Source: Spirochaetia bacterium
GTDB lineage: Bacteria; Spirochaetota; Spirochaetia; DSM-2461
Assembly: GCA_963668315.1 (NCBI GenBank)
Contig: OY764216.1
Coordinates: forward strand, 4,416,001-4,480,000
Length of the DNA: 64,000 nucleotides
Direction of reading: 5' to 3'
Shown here: positions 19,543 to 28,967 of the stretch, one piece after another
Position numbering within the stretch: the first letter of the stretch is position 1
Layout: every line of letters begins with the position of its first letter
Position numbers and translations under genes: made by a program
The notes under the pieces: model-generated
Seen by the model: only the letters and a program-made list of their open reading frames with translations
Databases searched by the model: none
What the model was told of the DNA's origin: nothing

Positions 19543-20041
19543 AATCAGACTCATCGTCTTTTTGGGAAACAAGGGAAAGCAATACGAGAAAACCCGCCAT
19601 AACGTGGCCTGGCGGATCGCCGACGACCGTCCCCGCAGCTGGCAGGGCAAATTCAACGGGCTCTGGTGCAAAGAGGGAATCGGAGCCGATCAGCTGATAC
19701 TCCTGAAGCCGCAGACCATGATGAACCTGTCCGGGGATTCGGTGAGAAAGGCCGTGGACTTTTTCAAACTGAAGCCCGATGAGATCCTTGTGGTCCATGA
19801 CGAGCTGGAGCTGCCCTTCGGCGATGTCCAGGCCCGTTTCGGGGGAGGACTGGCCGGACACAACGGCCTCCGGTCCATAAAACAGCAGCTGGGAACGGCC
19901 GACTTTCACCGGCTGCGCGTGGGCATAGGGCGCCCTCCCCACGGCGATGTGAGCCGCTGGGTGCTCTCGCCCTTCTCCCCTTCGGAAGAGGGGGAGATGG
20001 AAGATGTGATTGCAAAAGCGGAGAGGGAGCTTTTCAGCTGA
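19532..20041 (+). CDS. pth: Peptidyl-tRNA hydrolase
   Basis: LGNKG..YEKTRHNVAW, LKPQTMMNLSG, VVHDELELPFG, GHNGLRSI, RLRVGIGRP. Confidence 0.95.
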   Translation: MKDKIRLIVFLGNKGKQYEKTRHNVAWRIADDRPRSWQGKFNGLWCKEGIGADQLILLKPQTMMNLSGDSVRKAVDFFKLKPDEILVVHDELELPFGDVQARFGGGLAGHNGLRSIKQQLGTADFHRLRVGIGRPPHGDVSRWVLSPFSPSEEGEMEDVIAKAERELFS

Positions 20042-20786
20042 GCTTCGACTCGACCTCTTCCAGAAGCTTATCCACCTGATCACGCGGCATGGTGCTCAGG
20101 TAGGAAAAGTTCTTGCCCGCCGCCCGGATAAGCATATCCTTGGCCTGGGCCCACTCTTCATGGTGGCAGTGGATAAGAGCCCGGTTGTAATAGGCGTCGG
20201 GGAAACGGGGCAGGTCGGGAAGAAGGGCTTCATAGACCTCCAGGGCCTTGTCCCACTCTCCCCTTCTGACATAGGTGGCACCCAGATTGTCCCGGATGAC
20301 CGCTTCCGAAGGATCGTAGTCCAGGGCTTCGAGATTCACTTCCAGAGCCCTGTCCAGATCGCCCTTTTCCAGGAGGAAGTAACCCAGGTTTCCGTAAAGG
20401 ATGCCCGTTCGGTACCCTTCGGCCAGAAGTCCCTCCAGACTCTCAATCGCCTCATCCAGCTCTCCCCTCTTCCACTGAATCAGGGAGTAATAGACCCGGG
20501 CCTTGCTGGGGTTGAATTTCTTGGCGGTGAAAGTCCTCAGGGGAGAGATGATGCTCTCCGCCTTTTCAGGACAGCCTTCCTTCAAAAGCACATAGGCGCA
20601 TGTCAGTTTCTGTTGGGGCCCCATGGGAAATTTCAAAGCCCGCTCCACGCCTTTGACGCCCTTGGCCTTATCTCCCTTGCTGTAGGCTTTTAAAGCCGGA
20701 ATCATCAGAAGGGTCCCGAAATTTTTCAAAACCCCGTACAAGATCAATAGACCGATTAAAAGAAGTATCAGCTGTCCAAAACTCAT
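20034..20786 (-). CDS. Membrane-anchored TPR protein
   Basis: ATG at 20786 (MSFGQLILLL, TM) followed by TPR repeats; the track's upstream extension overlaps the malic enzyme gene. Confidence 0.82.
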   Translation of the reverse strand: MSFGQLILLLIGLLILYGVLKNFGTLLMIPALKAYSKGDKAKGVKGVERALKFPMGPQQKLTCAYVLLKEGCPEKAESIISPLRTFTAKKFNPSKARVYYSLIQWKRGELDEAIESLEGLLAEGYRTGILYGNLGYFLLEKGDLDRALEVNLEALDYDPSEAVIRDNLGATYVRRGEWDKALEVYEALLPDLPRFPDAYYNRALIHCHHEEWAQAKDMLIRAAGKNFSYLSTMPRDQVDKLLEEVESKLS

Positions 20787-20794
20787 ATTATTCC

Positions 20795-22078
20795 CTACTC
20801 CCAGTATTTCTCCATACGGTCCCTGAGCTCTTTCCGGTAGGCATCCCAGTCGGTGATGGGCTCTTTGGCCAGTCCCTCTTCGCAGGCGGCTTTGGCCACG
20901 GCCAGGGCCTCCCACTCGATGACCCGGGGATCGAAGGGTTTAGGTACAATATACCCGGGACCGAAGGAAAAGTCAGCACCGCCGTAAGCTTTTTTCACCG
21001 TCTCGGGTACGGGCTCCTTGGCCAGAGAGGCCAGGGCTGTGGCGGCGGCCATCTTCATCCCCTCCGAAATGGACGTGGCTCTGACATCCAGGGCGCCGCG
21101 GAAGATAAAGGGAAATCCCAGGACATTGTTGATCTGGTTGGGGAAATCGCTCCGACCGGTGGCCATGATCACGTCGGGCCGCGCCTCAAGGGCGAGCTCG
21201 GGACGGATTTCCGGGTCCGGGTTGGCCATGGCGAAAACGATGGGATTCTCCGCCATGGTCTTGATCATTTCCTGGCTCATCACATTGGCGGCGGAAAGGC
21301 CGACGAAACAGTCCGCGCCGACAAGGGCATCGGCCAGAGTCTTCAATTCCGTATCCCGGGCGAACTCCACCTTCTCGGCTCCCAGCTTGTCCCGGTCTTT
21401 CCTTATGATGCCCTCCCGGTCGCACATGAACAGGTTCTCCCTCTTCACGCCGGCGGCCAGAAACATCTTGGCGCAGGAGATCCCCGCCGCTCCGGCTCCG
21501 TTGAAAACGACCTTCATCGTCTCCAGAGGCTTGCCGACGACCTCGGCCGCATTGATGATACCGGCCGTACAGATAATGGCCGTCCCGTGCTGGTCGTCAT
21601 GAAAAATGGGAATATCGCACATTTTCTTGAGAGTCTGCTCGATTTCGAAACACTCGGGGGCCTTGATATCCTCCAGGTTCACCCCTCCGAAGGTGGGCTC
21701 CATCATCTTGACCGCCTCGATAATCTTCTTGGGATCCGACTCATCCAGCTCGATATCAAACACATCGATATCGGCGAACCTCTTGAAAAGGACCCCCTTG
21801 CCCTCCATAACCGGCTTGCTGGCCAGGGCCCCCCGGTTTCCAAGCCCCAGAATGGCCGAACCGTTGGAAATGACCGCCACCAGATTCCCCTTGGCCGTGT
21901 AGCGGTAGGCATCCTCGGCATTATCGGCGATCTCCAGGACCGGTTTCGCCACGCCCGGCGTATAGGCCAGGGAGAGATCGTCCGCCGTCTGGCAGGACTT
22001 GGTGGGAACCACCTCTATTTTACCGGGCTTACCGTTCAGGCAGTGGTAGGCCAGAGCTTTCTCTTTCAATTCATCCAT
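20795..22078 (-). CDS. NAD(P)-dependent malic enzyme (short form, no PTA domain)
   Basis: LSLAYTPGVA, SKPVMEGKGVLFK, NLEDIKAPECF, FHDDQHGTAI, GAGAAG, TGRSDFPNQINN; ATG at 22078. Confidence 0.93.
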   Translation of the reverse strand: MDELKEKALAYHCLNGKPGKIEVVPTKSCQTADDLSLAYTPGVAKPVLEIADNAEDAYRYTAKGNLVAVISNGSAILGLGNRGALASKPVMEGKGVLFKRFADIDVFDIELDESDPKKIIEAVKMMEPTFGGVNLEDIKAPECFEIEQTLKKMCDIPIFHDDQHGTAIICTAGIINAAEVVGKPLETMKVVFNGAGAAGISCAKMFLAAGVKRENLFMCDREGIIRKDRDKLGAEKVEFARDTELKTLADALVGADCFVGLSAANVMSQEMIKTMAENPIVFAMANPDPEIRPELALEARPDVIMATGRSDFPNQINNVLGFPFIFRGALDVRATSISEGMKMAAATALASLAKEPVPETVKKAYGGADFSFGPGYIVPKPFDPRVIEWEALAVAKAACEEGLAKEPITDWDAYRKELRDRMEKYWE

Positions 22079-22336
22079 TATTCTATTTCCTTGTCTATCA
22101 ATGATTTCGCGGATCATCTCACAGATGCCGCTGATTTTATTTCTCTCATCTCGGGCGGCCCCTCCGGGCCGGGCTTTCCGCTGCAATGGGCTTATCTCCC
22201 GCGCTTATCCGGCTCTGACACCGCCGCCGGGCTCGGGAGGCCCATTTCCACTTCTATCCCTTCCGCAAAGTACGTGAGTACCGAGCATTCGATTCAACGC
22301 AGGAGCGGCGGGAAAAGCGAATCTCTGCGGAAAATT

Positions 22337-23473
22337 TTAGTCCCAGGAGAGATCGTAGCCCAGCTTATATGTTGCGTTCAGCTCGGTCATGACCTTCTGA
22401 AGGGCTACCGGTACGGGGCAGCCGTGTTCCATGCGGTACTTGCGTGCCAGATGCTCCTTCTCGCCGGCGGTGAAAATTCTCTCTTCCCCGGGAGCCACTT
22501 CCGAAGCCCGAAGATCGCGCATAATGTTTCCGGCCACTTTCCTGAACACGTCCTGGCCCATGAAATTTTCCGTATTGATGGCCAGGAAGAAGTGGCCCAG
22601 GGGATAGGGGATCCGTTTTCCCTCTTCGTCGAATCCGTTCAGGGACTTCAGAAAGGCACCGTCCTGCAGGGCGGCGGAAAGTACTTCCACCACGGTGGCG
22701 TAGCCGAATCCCTTGTATCCGGCGGTCATCTCGCCCAGTCCGCCCAGAGGGGCCAGAGCGGCCTTACCCTGGGTCAGGTCCACAAGGATCTGATCCGTAT
22801 CGGTACGGGTATTGCCCGTTCTGTCGATAACCCAGCCCGGGGGCAGTTCCTTCCCCGCCCGGCTGTACAGCTCTATCTTTCCCCGCTGGGAAACGCTGGT
22901 GGCGCAGTCCAGGATAAAATCGAACTCCTCGTCGGTGGGAAGACCGATGGTCAGGGGGTTGGTACCCAGCATGTTCTCCACGCCGAAAGTGGGGGCGATG
23001 GAGGGGCGGGCATTGGTTCCGGTCATGCCTATCATGCCCTGGGCCGTGGCCATGGAAGCGTAATATCCGGCGATGCCGTAGTGGGTGGAGTTTCGTACGG
23101 CCACCATACCCATGCCGTGGGCTTTCGCCTTCTCGATAGCCATCTCCATGGCTTTTTTGGATACCACATGGCCCATGCCGTTATTTCCGTCCAGAACCGC
23201 AGTGGTTTCGGTCTCCTTGACAATGTCGATTTTCGTTGTGGGATTGAGGATGCCCCAGTTGATTCTATCAATATAGATGGGTTTGAGCCTGCCGATACCA
23301 TGGGAATCGATGCCTCTCTTGTCCGATTCGATCAACACGTGGCCGATGATCTCCGCGTCCGCCGCCGGAACGCCGTTAGCGATAAGGGCATCCTTCATAA
23401 ACTTTTCCAGGAAGGGAAAATCTATCCATTCGCAATTCTTGTAACTGTCTCCGTAACTTTCGTACCAACCCAT
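22337..23473 (-). CDS. Ldh_2-family (malate/L-lactate/sulfolactate-type) oxidoreductase
   Basis: RGIDSHGIGR, DGNNGMGH, NSTHYG, LGTNPL, LDCATS, GYKGFG. Confidence 0.9.
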   Translation of the reverse strand: MGWYESYGDSYKNCEWIDFPFLEKFMKDALIANGVPAADAEIIGHVLIESDKRGIDSHGIGRLKPIYIDRINWGILNPTTKIDIVKETETTAVLDGNNGMGHVVSKKAMEMAIEKAKAHGMGMVAVRNSTHYGIAGYYASMATAQGMIGMTGTNARPSIAPTFGVENMLGTNPLTIGLPTDEEFDFILDCATSVSQRGKIELYSRAGKELPPGWVIDRTGNTRTDTDQILVDLTQGKAALAPLGGLGEMTAGYKGFGYATVVEVLSAALQDGAFLKSLNGFDEEGKRIPYPLGHFFLAINTENFMGQDVFRKVAGNIMRDLRASEVAPGEERIFTAGEKEHLARKYRMEHGCPVPVALQKVMTELNATYKLGYDLSWD

Positions 23474-23490
23474 GGGGTCCTCCTCTCTAT

Positions 23491-24267
23491 TTAAACCGTT
23501 TCTATTTTGAGACCGGTCTTTTCAAAACTTTCTTTCAGGGACTCATCCAGAGCCCTGTCGGTGATGACCAGATTCACCTGATCCAGCTCCACCGTCTTAA
23601 AATGGGAAATCCGCCCGAACTTCGTGCTGTCCGCCGCGACAATGACGTCTCCCTGACACTGCTCCACCATGGCCCGGGTCACCTCCGCCTCCTGGGAGAC
23701 CGGAGAGGTGAGACCATTTTCCAGAGAGAGCCCGTCCGTTCCGATAATCACCCTGTCCACGAATACACGGCGGATGAATTTCAGGGTATCCTCCCCCACC
23801 AGGCACTGGGAGGGATAGCGGTAGTAGCCCCCGGGAATGATAACTTCCGGGCCTTCGCTGCTGGGAAGGACCTGCAGAACAGCCATGTTGTTGGTGATGA
23901 TGCGCAGATCCTTTCTTCCCGAAAGAGCGGCGGCCACATAGCGGGTGGTGGTGCCGGAGTTGATGAAAATGGTTTCCCCCGGCTGGACAAGGCGGGCGAC
24001 CTGGGATGCGATGGCATCCTTCTCTTCCTGTCGGGACTTTCCCTTCTCTTCATAGAAGGACTCCCTGTAAAGGAAATTCCGAGCCCTGGCGCCTCCGTGG
24101 GATCTTTCCAGAACGCCCTTCTTCTCCAGAAGGTCCAGATCCCGTCGTATGGTAATAGGGGAAACATCCAGAAGGCGGCTCAATTCGTCCACCTGGGCGA
24201 AACCCTCTTTTCTGAGATATTCTTCTAAAACCGCCTGTCTCTCGGCGGGAATCATACTGCTTCCCAT
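23491..24267 (-). CDS. DeoR/GlpR-family transcriptional regulator
   Basis: ERQ, VSPITIRRDL, RSHGGA, FINSGTT, ITNN, ADSTKFG. Confidence 0.93.
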   Translation of the reverse strand: MGSSMIPAERQAVLEEYLRKEGFAQVDELSRLLDVSPITIRRDLDLLEKKGVLERSHGGARARNFLYRESFYEEKGKSRQEEKDAIASQVARLVQPGETIFINSGTTTRYVAAALSGRKDLRIITNNMAVLQVLPSSEGPEVIIPGGYYRYPSQCLVGEDTLKFIRRVFVDRVIIGTDGLSLENGLTSPVSQEAEVTRAMVEQCQGDVIVAADSTKFGRISHFKTVELDQVNLVITDRALDESLKESFEKTGLKIETV

Positions 24268-24315
24268 ATGATCAAATCATATCACCCAATACGATCAGAG
24301 TCAATCATATATGAT
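24266..24315 (-). promoter_or_regulatory. Sigma70-like promoter of the DeoR gene with overlapping palindromes
   Basis: TTGACT (24304-24299), 17 bp, TATGAT (24281-24276); dyads ATATGAT-CAA-ATCATAT (24266-24282) and ATCATATATGAT (24304-24315). Confidence 0.65.
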
Positions 24316-24476
24316 CATTTAACATCAGGAAATCACAATATCCCTGGGAAAATCAAAGGCCTGTTAATTTAAATGATCTTATTTAACCGAATATAAACAA
24401 AAAAAACAGGATTTTATCTTTTCACAAAGGGCAGAAAAATCTTGAGAATTCAGGAAATTTGGACTATCATATTTTC

Positions 24477-24863
24477 ATGAGCCCCTTAAAGAAGCTTCAA
24501 AATGTCCGGCAGCGGCCGGAAGAAGGATTCCGTCTCTGGTTTGCCAATGAATATTTTGATGTCATCATATGGTATGAAGAGGAAGGGGGCTATATGAAGG
24601 GATTCCAGTTCTGCTACGGGAAACCGCACAGCGAAAGAGCCTTTACCTGGGAAGTGGATTCCCAGAGCCACCATTATGTGAAGGAAGCCCGCTCACAGGG
24701 AACGGGAATACTCAGAGGCGACGCGGGGGCTCTCAGCCTGAATGCTTTGAAACAGCTGCAGGCATTTCGGGGAGAACTGCCCGTCCCCCTCATGAATTTT
24801 ATCATTAAAAAGTTACTGGCGGCCAGGCAGGGCCAGGAAGAAGCCGCCCGGGCCTCTTCCTGA
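24477..24863 (+). CDS. Hypothetical protein
   Basis: ORF in an intergenic slot; ATG at 24477 follows TTGAGA-17-TATCAT; motif RLWF...FDVIIWY...GFQFCYGK. Confidence 0.7.
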   Translation: MSPLKKLQNVRQRPEEGFRLWFANEYFDVIIWYEEEGGYMKGFQFCYGKPHSERAFTWEVDSQSHHYVKEARSQGTGILRGDAGALSLNALKQLQAFRGELPVPLMNFIIKKLLAARQGQEEAARASS

Positions 24864-24867
24864 AGCG

Positions 24868-26355
24868 TCACTCCCAGTCAAGGCAGCGCTCGACCGCATG
24901 CTTCCATCCCTCATAAAGATCCGCTCTTCTCGTCTCTTCCATGACCGGAATGAAGCGGTGGTCCTCCTCCCAGATATCCCTGAGAACATCGACGGAGGGC
25001 CAGAACCCCACGGCCAGACCGGCCAGGTAGGCCGCTCCCAGAGCGGTTGTCTCAATCGACGCGGGGCGGACCACTTCGGAATTGAGAATATCCGCCTGGA
25101 ACTGCATCATGATATTGCTCCGGGAAGCCCCGCCGTCCACCTTCAGGGTCCGCAGGGATAGACCGGAATCCTTCTCCATGACTTCCAGAATATCGCGGCT
25201 TCTGTAGGCAATGGACTCCAGAGCGGCGCGGCAGATATGGGCCTTGTTCGCGCTGCGTGTCAGGCCCACCACTCCGGCCCGGGCCATCATGTCCCAATAG
25301 GGGGAGCCCATTCCCTGAAAGGCCGACACCAGGTATACCCCCTGGGTATCCTCCACCGTCTCGGCCAGCCTGTCGCATTCCGGAGCGGAAGAGATAATGC
25401 CCAGGTTGTCCCGAAGCCACTGAATGGTCGCCCCCGCCATGAAAATGCTCCCCTCCAGAGCGTAGGTGATTTTGCCGTCAATGCCCCAGGCGATCGTGGT
25501 CAGAAGGCCGTTCTCCGAGACCACCGGCTTCTCCCCCGTATTCATCAGCATGAAGCAGCCGGTCCCGTAGGTATTTTTCACGCAGCCCTCGGTCAGGCAC
25601 ATCTGCCCGAAAAGGGCGGCCTGCTGGTCCCCCGCCACGCCGGCGATGGGGATTTCCGCCCCCACCACATCTTTATCGGTCATGCCGAGAATTTCGCTGC
25701 AGCCCTTGACCTCGGGCATCACCGAACGGGGCACGCCCATGATCTTGAGAAGCTCATCGTCCCAGTCCAGGGTGTGGATGTTGAAAAGCAGGGTACGGCA
25801 GGCATTGGAGTAATCGGTCACGTGGACCTTTCCGCCGGTGAGATTCCAGATAAGCCAGGTATCCACGGTACCGAAGCAGAGTTCTCCCCTCTCGGCCCTC
25901 TCCCGGACGCCTCCCACATTATCGAGCATCCAGCGGATCTTGCTCCCGGAAAAATAGGCGTCAATCTTAAGTCCCGTCTTTTCCCGAATGACCGCCTCAT
26001 AGCCCTTCTCCTTGAGCCCGTTGCAGAACTCGGCCGTTCGGCGGCACTGCCAGACGATGGCGTTGTAAACAGGCTCCCCCGTCTTCCGGTCCCAGAGAAG
26101 GGTGGTCTCCCTCTGGTTGGTGATGCCGAAAGCGGCTACCTTCTCCCAGTCGACCTTCTTCTCTTTCACCAGCTCCCGGAGCATGTCCAGCTGACTGTTC
26201 CATATATCGAGGGGATTATGCTCCACCCACTTTTCCCGGGGGTAGATCTGGGGGTACTCCTTCTGGGAAACCCCCTGGATGACTCCCTGTTTATCAACTA
26301 GCACCGCCCGGGAACTGGTAGTTCCCTGATCCAGCGCGATAACATATTCCTTCAT
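24868..26355 (-). CDS. glpK: Glycerol kinase
   Basis: [59 protein letters not shown]. Confidence 0.96.
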   Translation of the reverse strand: MKEYVIALDQGTTSSRAVLVDKQGVIQGVSQKEYPQIYPREKWVEHNPLDIWNSQLDMLRELVKEKKVDWEKVAAFGITNQRETTLLWDRKTGEPVYNAIVWQCRRTAEFCNGLKEKGYEAVIREKTGLKIDAYFSGSKIRWMLDNVGGVRERAERGELCFGTVDTWLIWNLTGGKVHVTDYSNACRTLLFNIHTLDWDDELLKIMGVPRSVMPEVKGCSEILGMTDKDVVGAEIPIAGVAGDQQAALFGQMCLTEGCVKNTYGTGCFMLMNTGEKPVVSENGLLTTIAWGIDGKITYALEGSIFMAGATIQWLRDNLGIISSAPECDRLAETVEDTQGVYLVSAFQGMGSPYWDMMARAGVVGLTRSANKAHICRAALESIAYRSRDILEVMEKDSGLSLRTLKVDGGASRSNIMMQFQADILNSEVVRPASIETTALGAAYLAGLAVGFWPSVDVLRDIWEEDHRFIPVMEETRRADLYEGWKHAVERCLDWE

Positions 26356-26461
26356 AATCGGTACCTCCCAAGTAAGACGCAGCCATTATAAACCGGGTTG
26401 AGAGAATCTGACAAGGAAAAAGTGCAGAATCAATCAGAATCGTTCACTTTCGCCCATATTC

Positions 26462-27097
26462 CTACAGAATGGCCGCTGCCCTCACGGGAGAACCGTCCGC
26501 TCCTGAAATAGGCAGAGGAAACGCCGAGAAGGAAAATCCCGAACGGGGCAGCTGCTCCAGTCCCTGAAGGTTCTCGATGATAACCATTCCGGCGCCGAGC
26601 AGGATCTTATGATTGGGAAGGGCCGGAGCGTCCATGGCATCGGCGGAGATGCAGTCAAAACCGATTCCCTTGAGTCCGAGGGATGCGATGAAACGGGCGG
26701 CTTCCAGAGTCAGGACGGGAAATCTTCCGAAATAGCCGGAGCTGTTCCAGAAACGGCTCCATCCTGTCTGCACGAGCAGATACTCGGCCTGCCGCAGGGT
26801 ACTTTCCAGGGAAAGGACGGTCTGTTCGGTAATGACGCTCCCCTCCCCTCCGGCGGCATTCAGAACGCAAGCGGGTCCCGTAAAGTATCCCAGCGGAAAA
26901 TCATCCAGGCAGCGGCCGTCGGGCAGAAGATGGGAAGGGGCATCCATATGGGTGCCCGTATGGCTGTAAAAGGTGATTTTCTTCTCCCGGAACCCGTCGG
27001 CCTCCAGGGTGCATCCTTCGGCGAATACGGGCTGCTCGGTCCCGGGATAGACAGGCATATTTTCATCAAGGGGGTGGCTCAGATCAATAATGTTCAT
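26462..27097 (-). CDS. Cyclase-family metal-dependent hydrolase (kynurenine formamidase-like)
   Basis: DLSH, HTGTHMDAP, GFDCIS, IIENL, GADGSPVRA. Confidence 0.9.
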   Translation of the reverse strand: MNIIDLSHPLDENMPVYPGTEQPVFAEGCTLEADGFREKKITFYSHTGTHMDAPSHLLPDGRCLDDFPLGYFTGPACVLNAAGGEGSVITEQTVLSLESTLRQAEYLLVQTGWSRFWNSSGYFGRFPVLTLEAARFIASLGLKGIGFDCISADAMDAPALPNHKILLGAGMVIIENLQGLEQLPRSGFSFSAFPLPISGADGSPVRAAAIL

Positions 27098-27169
27098 TCT
27101 ATTCCTCCGGAGTAGGTTTTACCAGAACCATAATTTACTCTAAAACCCAAGAAACAGAAACCCCACTTA

Positions 27170-27311
27170 GTGTTCCGAATTACTGACATATCCAGGCAGC
27201 CGCTATATTCCCGATGATAATGAATTGAATTAGCCCTCGAGGATGGCAGTATTTTGATACCCCGCATCCAAATGGAGTAGTTCACTCTTAGATGTCAGTA
27301 ATTCGGAACAT
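27170..27311. mobile_element. MITE-like element (142 bp)
   Basis: Perfect 19-bp IR TGTTCCGAATTACTGACAT (27171-27189) / ATGTCAGTAATTCGGAACA (27292-27310); TA at 27168-27169 and 27312-27313. Confidence 0.65.
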
Positions 27312-27625
27312 TATCAGAGGGCCACACCCTATCGCTGCATAGTTCACTAATAACTGTTCACTTTTATCCTATTTCCAAAAAATGATAAGGCTTAATATGT
27401 TTTCACAAAAACGATTATAATTGTAAATTATTGCTAATCCCAACAATTTCAGAAGCGCCGGAAACGGCCCGGCTGGAGGCCATCCCCGGTACGTCCTTCC
27501 CATTGGACACGAGCTATATGAATAAGCGGATAGACTCGGTTGATGCCAATTTCAACCTACTGGGCGTCAATCCCGTTCTGGAACACGGGAACGATTCCAT
27601 CGGCTATTCCTGGACGTTTCCCCTC

Positions 27626-28960
27626 TTATTTCACAGACGATTTAATCAGCCCTTCATAAGCATAAAGGGCTGCTCCGCATGCCGCTTCCTCTTTGAGATC
27701 GGAGAGAAAGAGACGGCAGTGAAATAACTCTTCAATAAGGCGGCGTACCAGAGGATTCCTCCGGATTCCGTTCCCGGAACCCACGATATGGCGAAGGATT
27801 TCCGGCCGATCCAGACTGTTTTCTTCCAGTAGATCCTTCAGTTCCCCGACCATCGCCTCGGCAAAAGCGTAAACAAGATGGGACGTGGTCAGATTATCCA
27901 GCTCAATATTCCCAATAGATCCCCGGACATCGGGATTTTCCCTGGTGCCGTTAAAAAAGGGTTCCACCCTCAAAGGAACGGGGGGAGAATGAAAATCCGC
28001 CTTATCAATGATTTCCAATATCTCCCTTTTTGACAGGGGTTTACCAAAAAAGGAGAGGACATCGCCCAGAAAATCCATCAGCATATCGAAGGACTTTCCA
28101 CCCGCCAGCGTCGCTCCCACCACCAGACATTTCCCGGGATAGGGTCTCACTTCCAGGCCCTTAAGACAAGAGGGAGGCTTGTCCATTAAGAGCGAGACCT
28201 GCCCTCCCGTACCAAGATTCAGAAGAAGGGACTCCTCTCGGCCCTCCATGGCGCCGTAGAAGCTGGCCTGGTTATCTCCCATGGATTGAAAGACCGGAAC
28301 TCCTTCCCCGTCCCATCCCATCTGATAATGAAAAGAAACGCATGCCGGCAGGAAATCAGTATGTCCCCACAAGCTCCGGATCTCATCCAGGCAGAAATCC
28401 CCCGCGTCCGGATCATAAAGCCCGAAACCGGCTCCTTCGCTCGGATCGATTGTCGCTTCGGTCAATCCGCAGAGCCTCATGCCCAGATATCCCCCTATGC
28501 TGACAATCCGGTAAGGGGAATCGGGGGCGAGACCCTTCAGAAAATTGTAGTAGTGGGTAGCCAGGGCGTAACCGGAGTAAACGGACTTTCCCGTCCTATC
28601 TTGTATGAGTTCCCGGGCCGATTTCCCCGCCGGCTCCACAGGAACTGCCGCCCGGTTGTCCTGCCAGGTGTAGAGAGGTCCAGAGGAACGGCCGTCCCCA
28701 TCGACATAAAGAAACCCGTGCATCTGACTGCTAATCCCGATACAGGCGATTTTCCCTTTCGCCTTTCCTTTCAGATCGGCGATAATCGATTCGGCTTTCT
28801 GCAGGATCACGTCGGGATTCTGGGTTCTCTCCCACTCATGGGGCGACGGGATGTCCGCTTCGCTGTTAACCGAAACGGCCTCCACCATTCTTTTCCCGGG
28901 AACTTCCAGAAGGACTCCCGCGATTTTTGTCGTGCCTATATCGATTCCCAGGATATACAT
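27626..28960 (-). CDS. FGGY-family carbohydrate kinase (sedoheptulokinase-like)
   Basis: GIDIGTTKI, SSQMHG, LYTWQD, GDNQASFYG, NLGTGGQVS, GSGNGIRRN. Confidence 0.85.
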   Translation of the reverse strand: MYILGIDIGTTKIAGVLLEVPGKRMVEAVSVNSEADIPSPHEWERTQNPDVILQKAESIIADLKGKAKGKIACIGISSQMHGFLYVDGDGRSSGPLYTWQDNRAAVPVEPAGKSARELIQDRTGKSVYSGYALATHYYNFLKGLAPDSPYRIVSIGGYLGMRLCGLTEATIDPSEGAGFGLYDPDAGDFCLDEIRSLWGHTDFLPACVSFHYQMGWDGEGVPVFQSMGDNQASFYGAMEGREESLLLNLGTGGQVSLLMDKPPSCLKGLEVRPYPGKCLVVGATLAGGKSFDMLMDFLGDVLSFFGKPLSKREILEIIDKADFHSPPVPLRVEPFFNGTRENPDVRGSIGNIELDNLTTSHLVYAFAEAMVGELKDLLEENSLDRPEILRHIVGSGNGIRRNPLVRRLIEELFHCRLFLSDLKEEAACGAALYAYEGLIKSSVK

Positions 28961-28967
28961 TTCGCCC

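Noticed and set aside
21587..23494. 635-aa + strand ORF spanning the malic enzyme and Ldh_2 genes
   Set aside because: Antisense to two clearly identified genes; no domain signature.
27342..27366. GTTCACTAATAACTGTTCAC resembling the reverse complement of GAACAGTTAGTGAAC near 38201-38215
   Set aside because: Short gapped match in only two places, in opposite orientation to the downstream genes; too weak to call a shared operator.
27431..27727. 98-aa TTG-start ORF
   Set aside because: No SD or motif, and it overlaps the kinase 3' end; at most an unidentifiable gene fragment.
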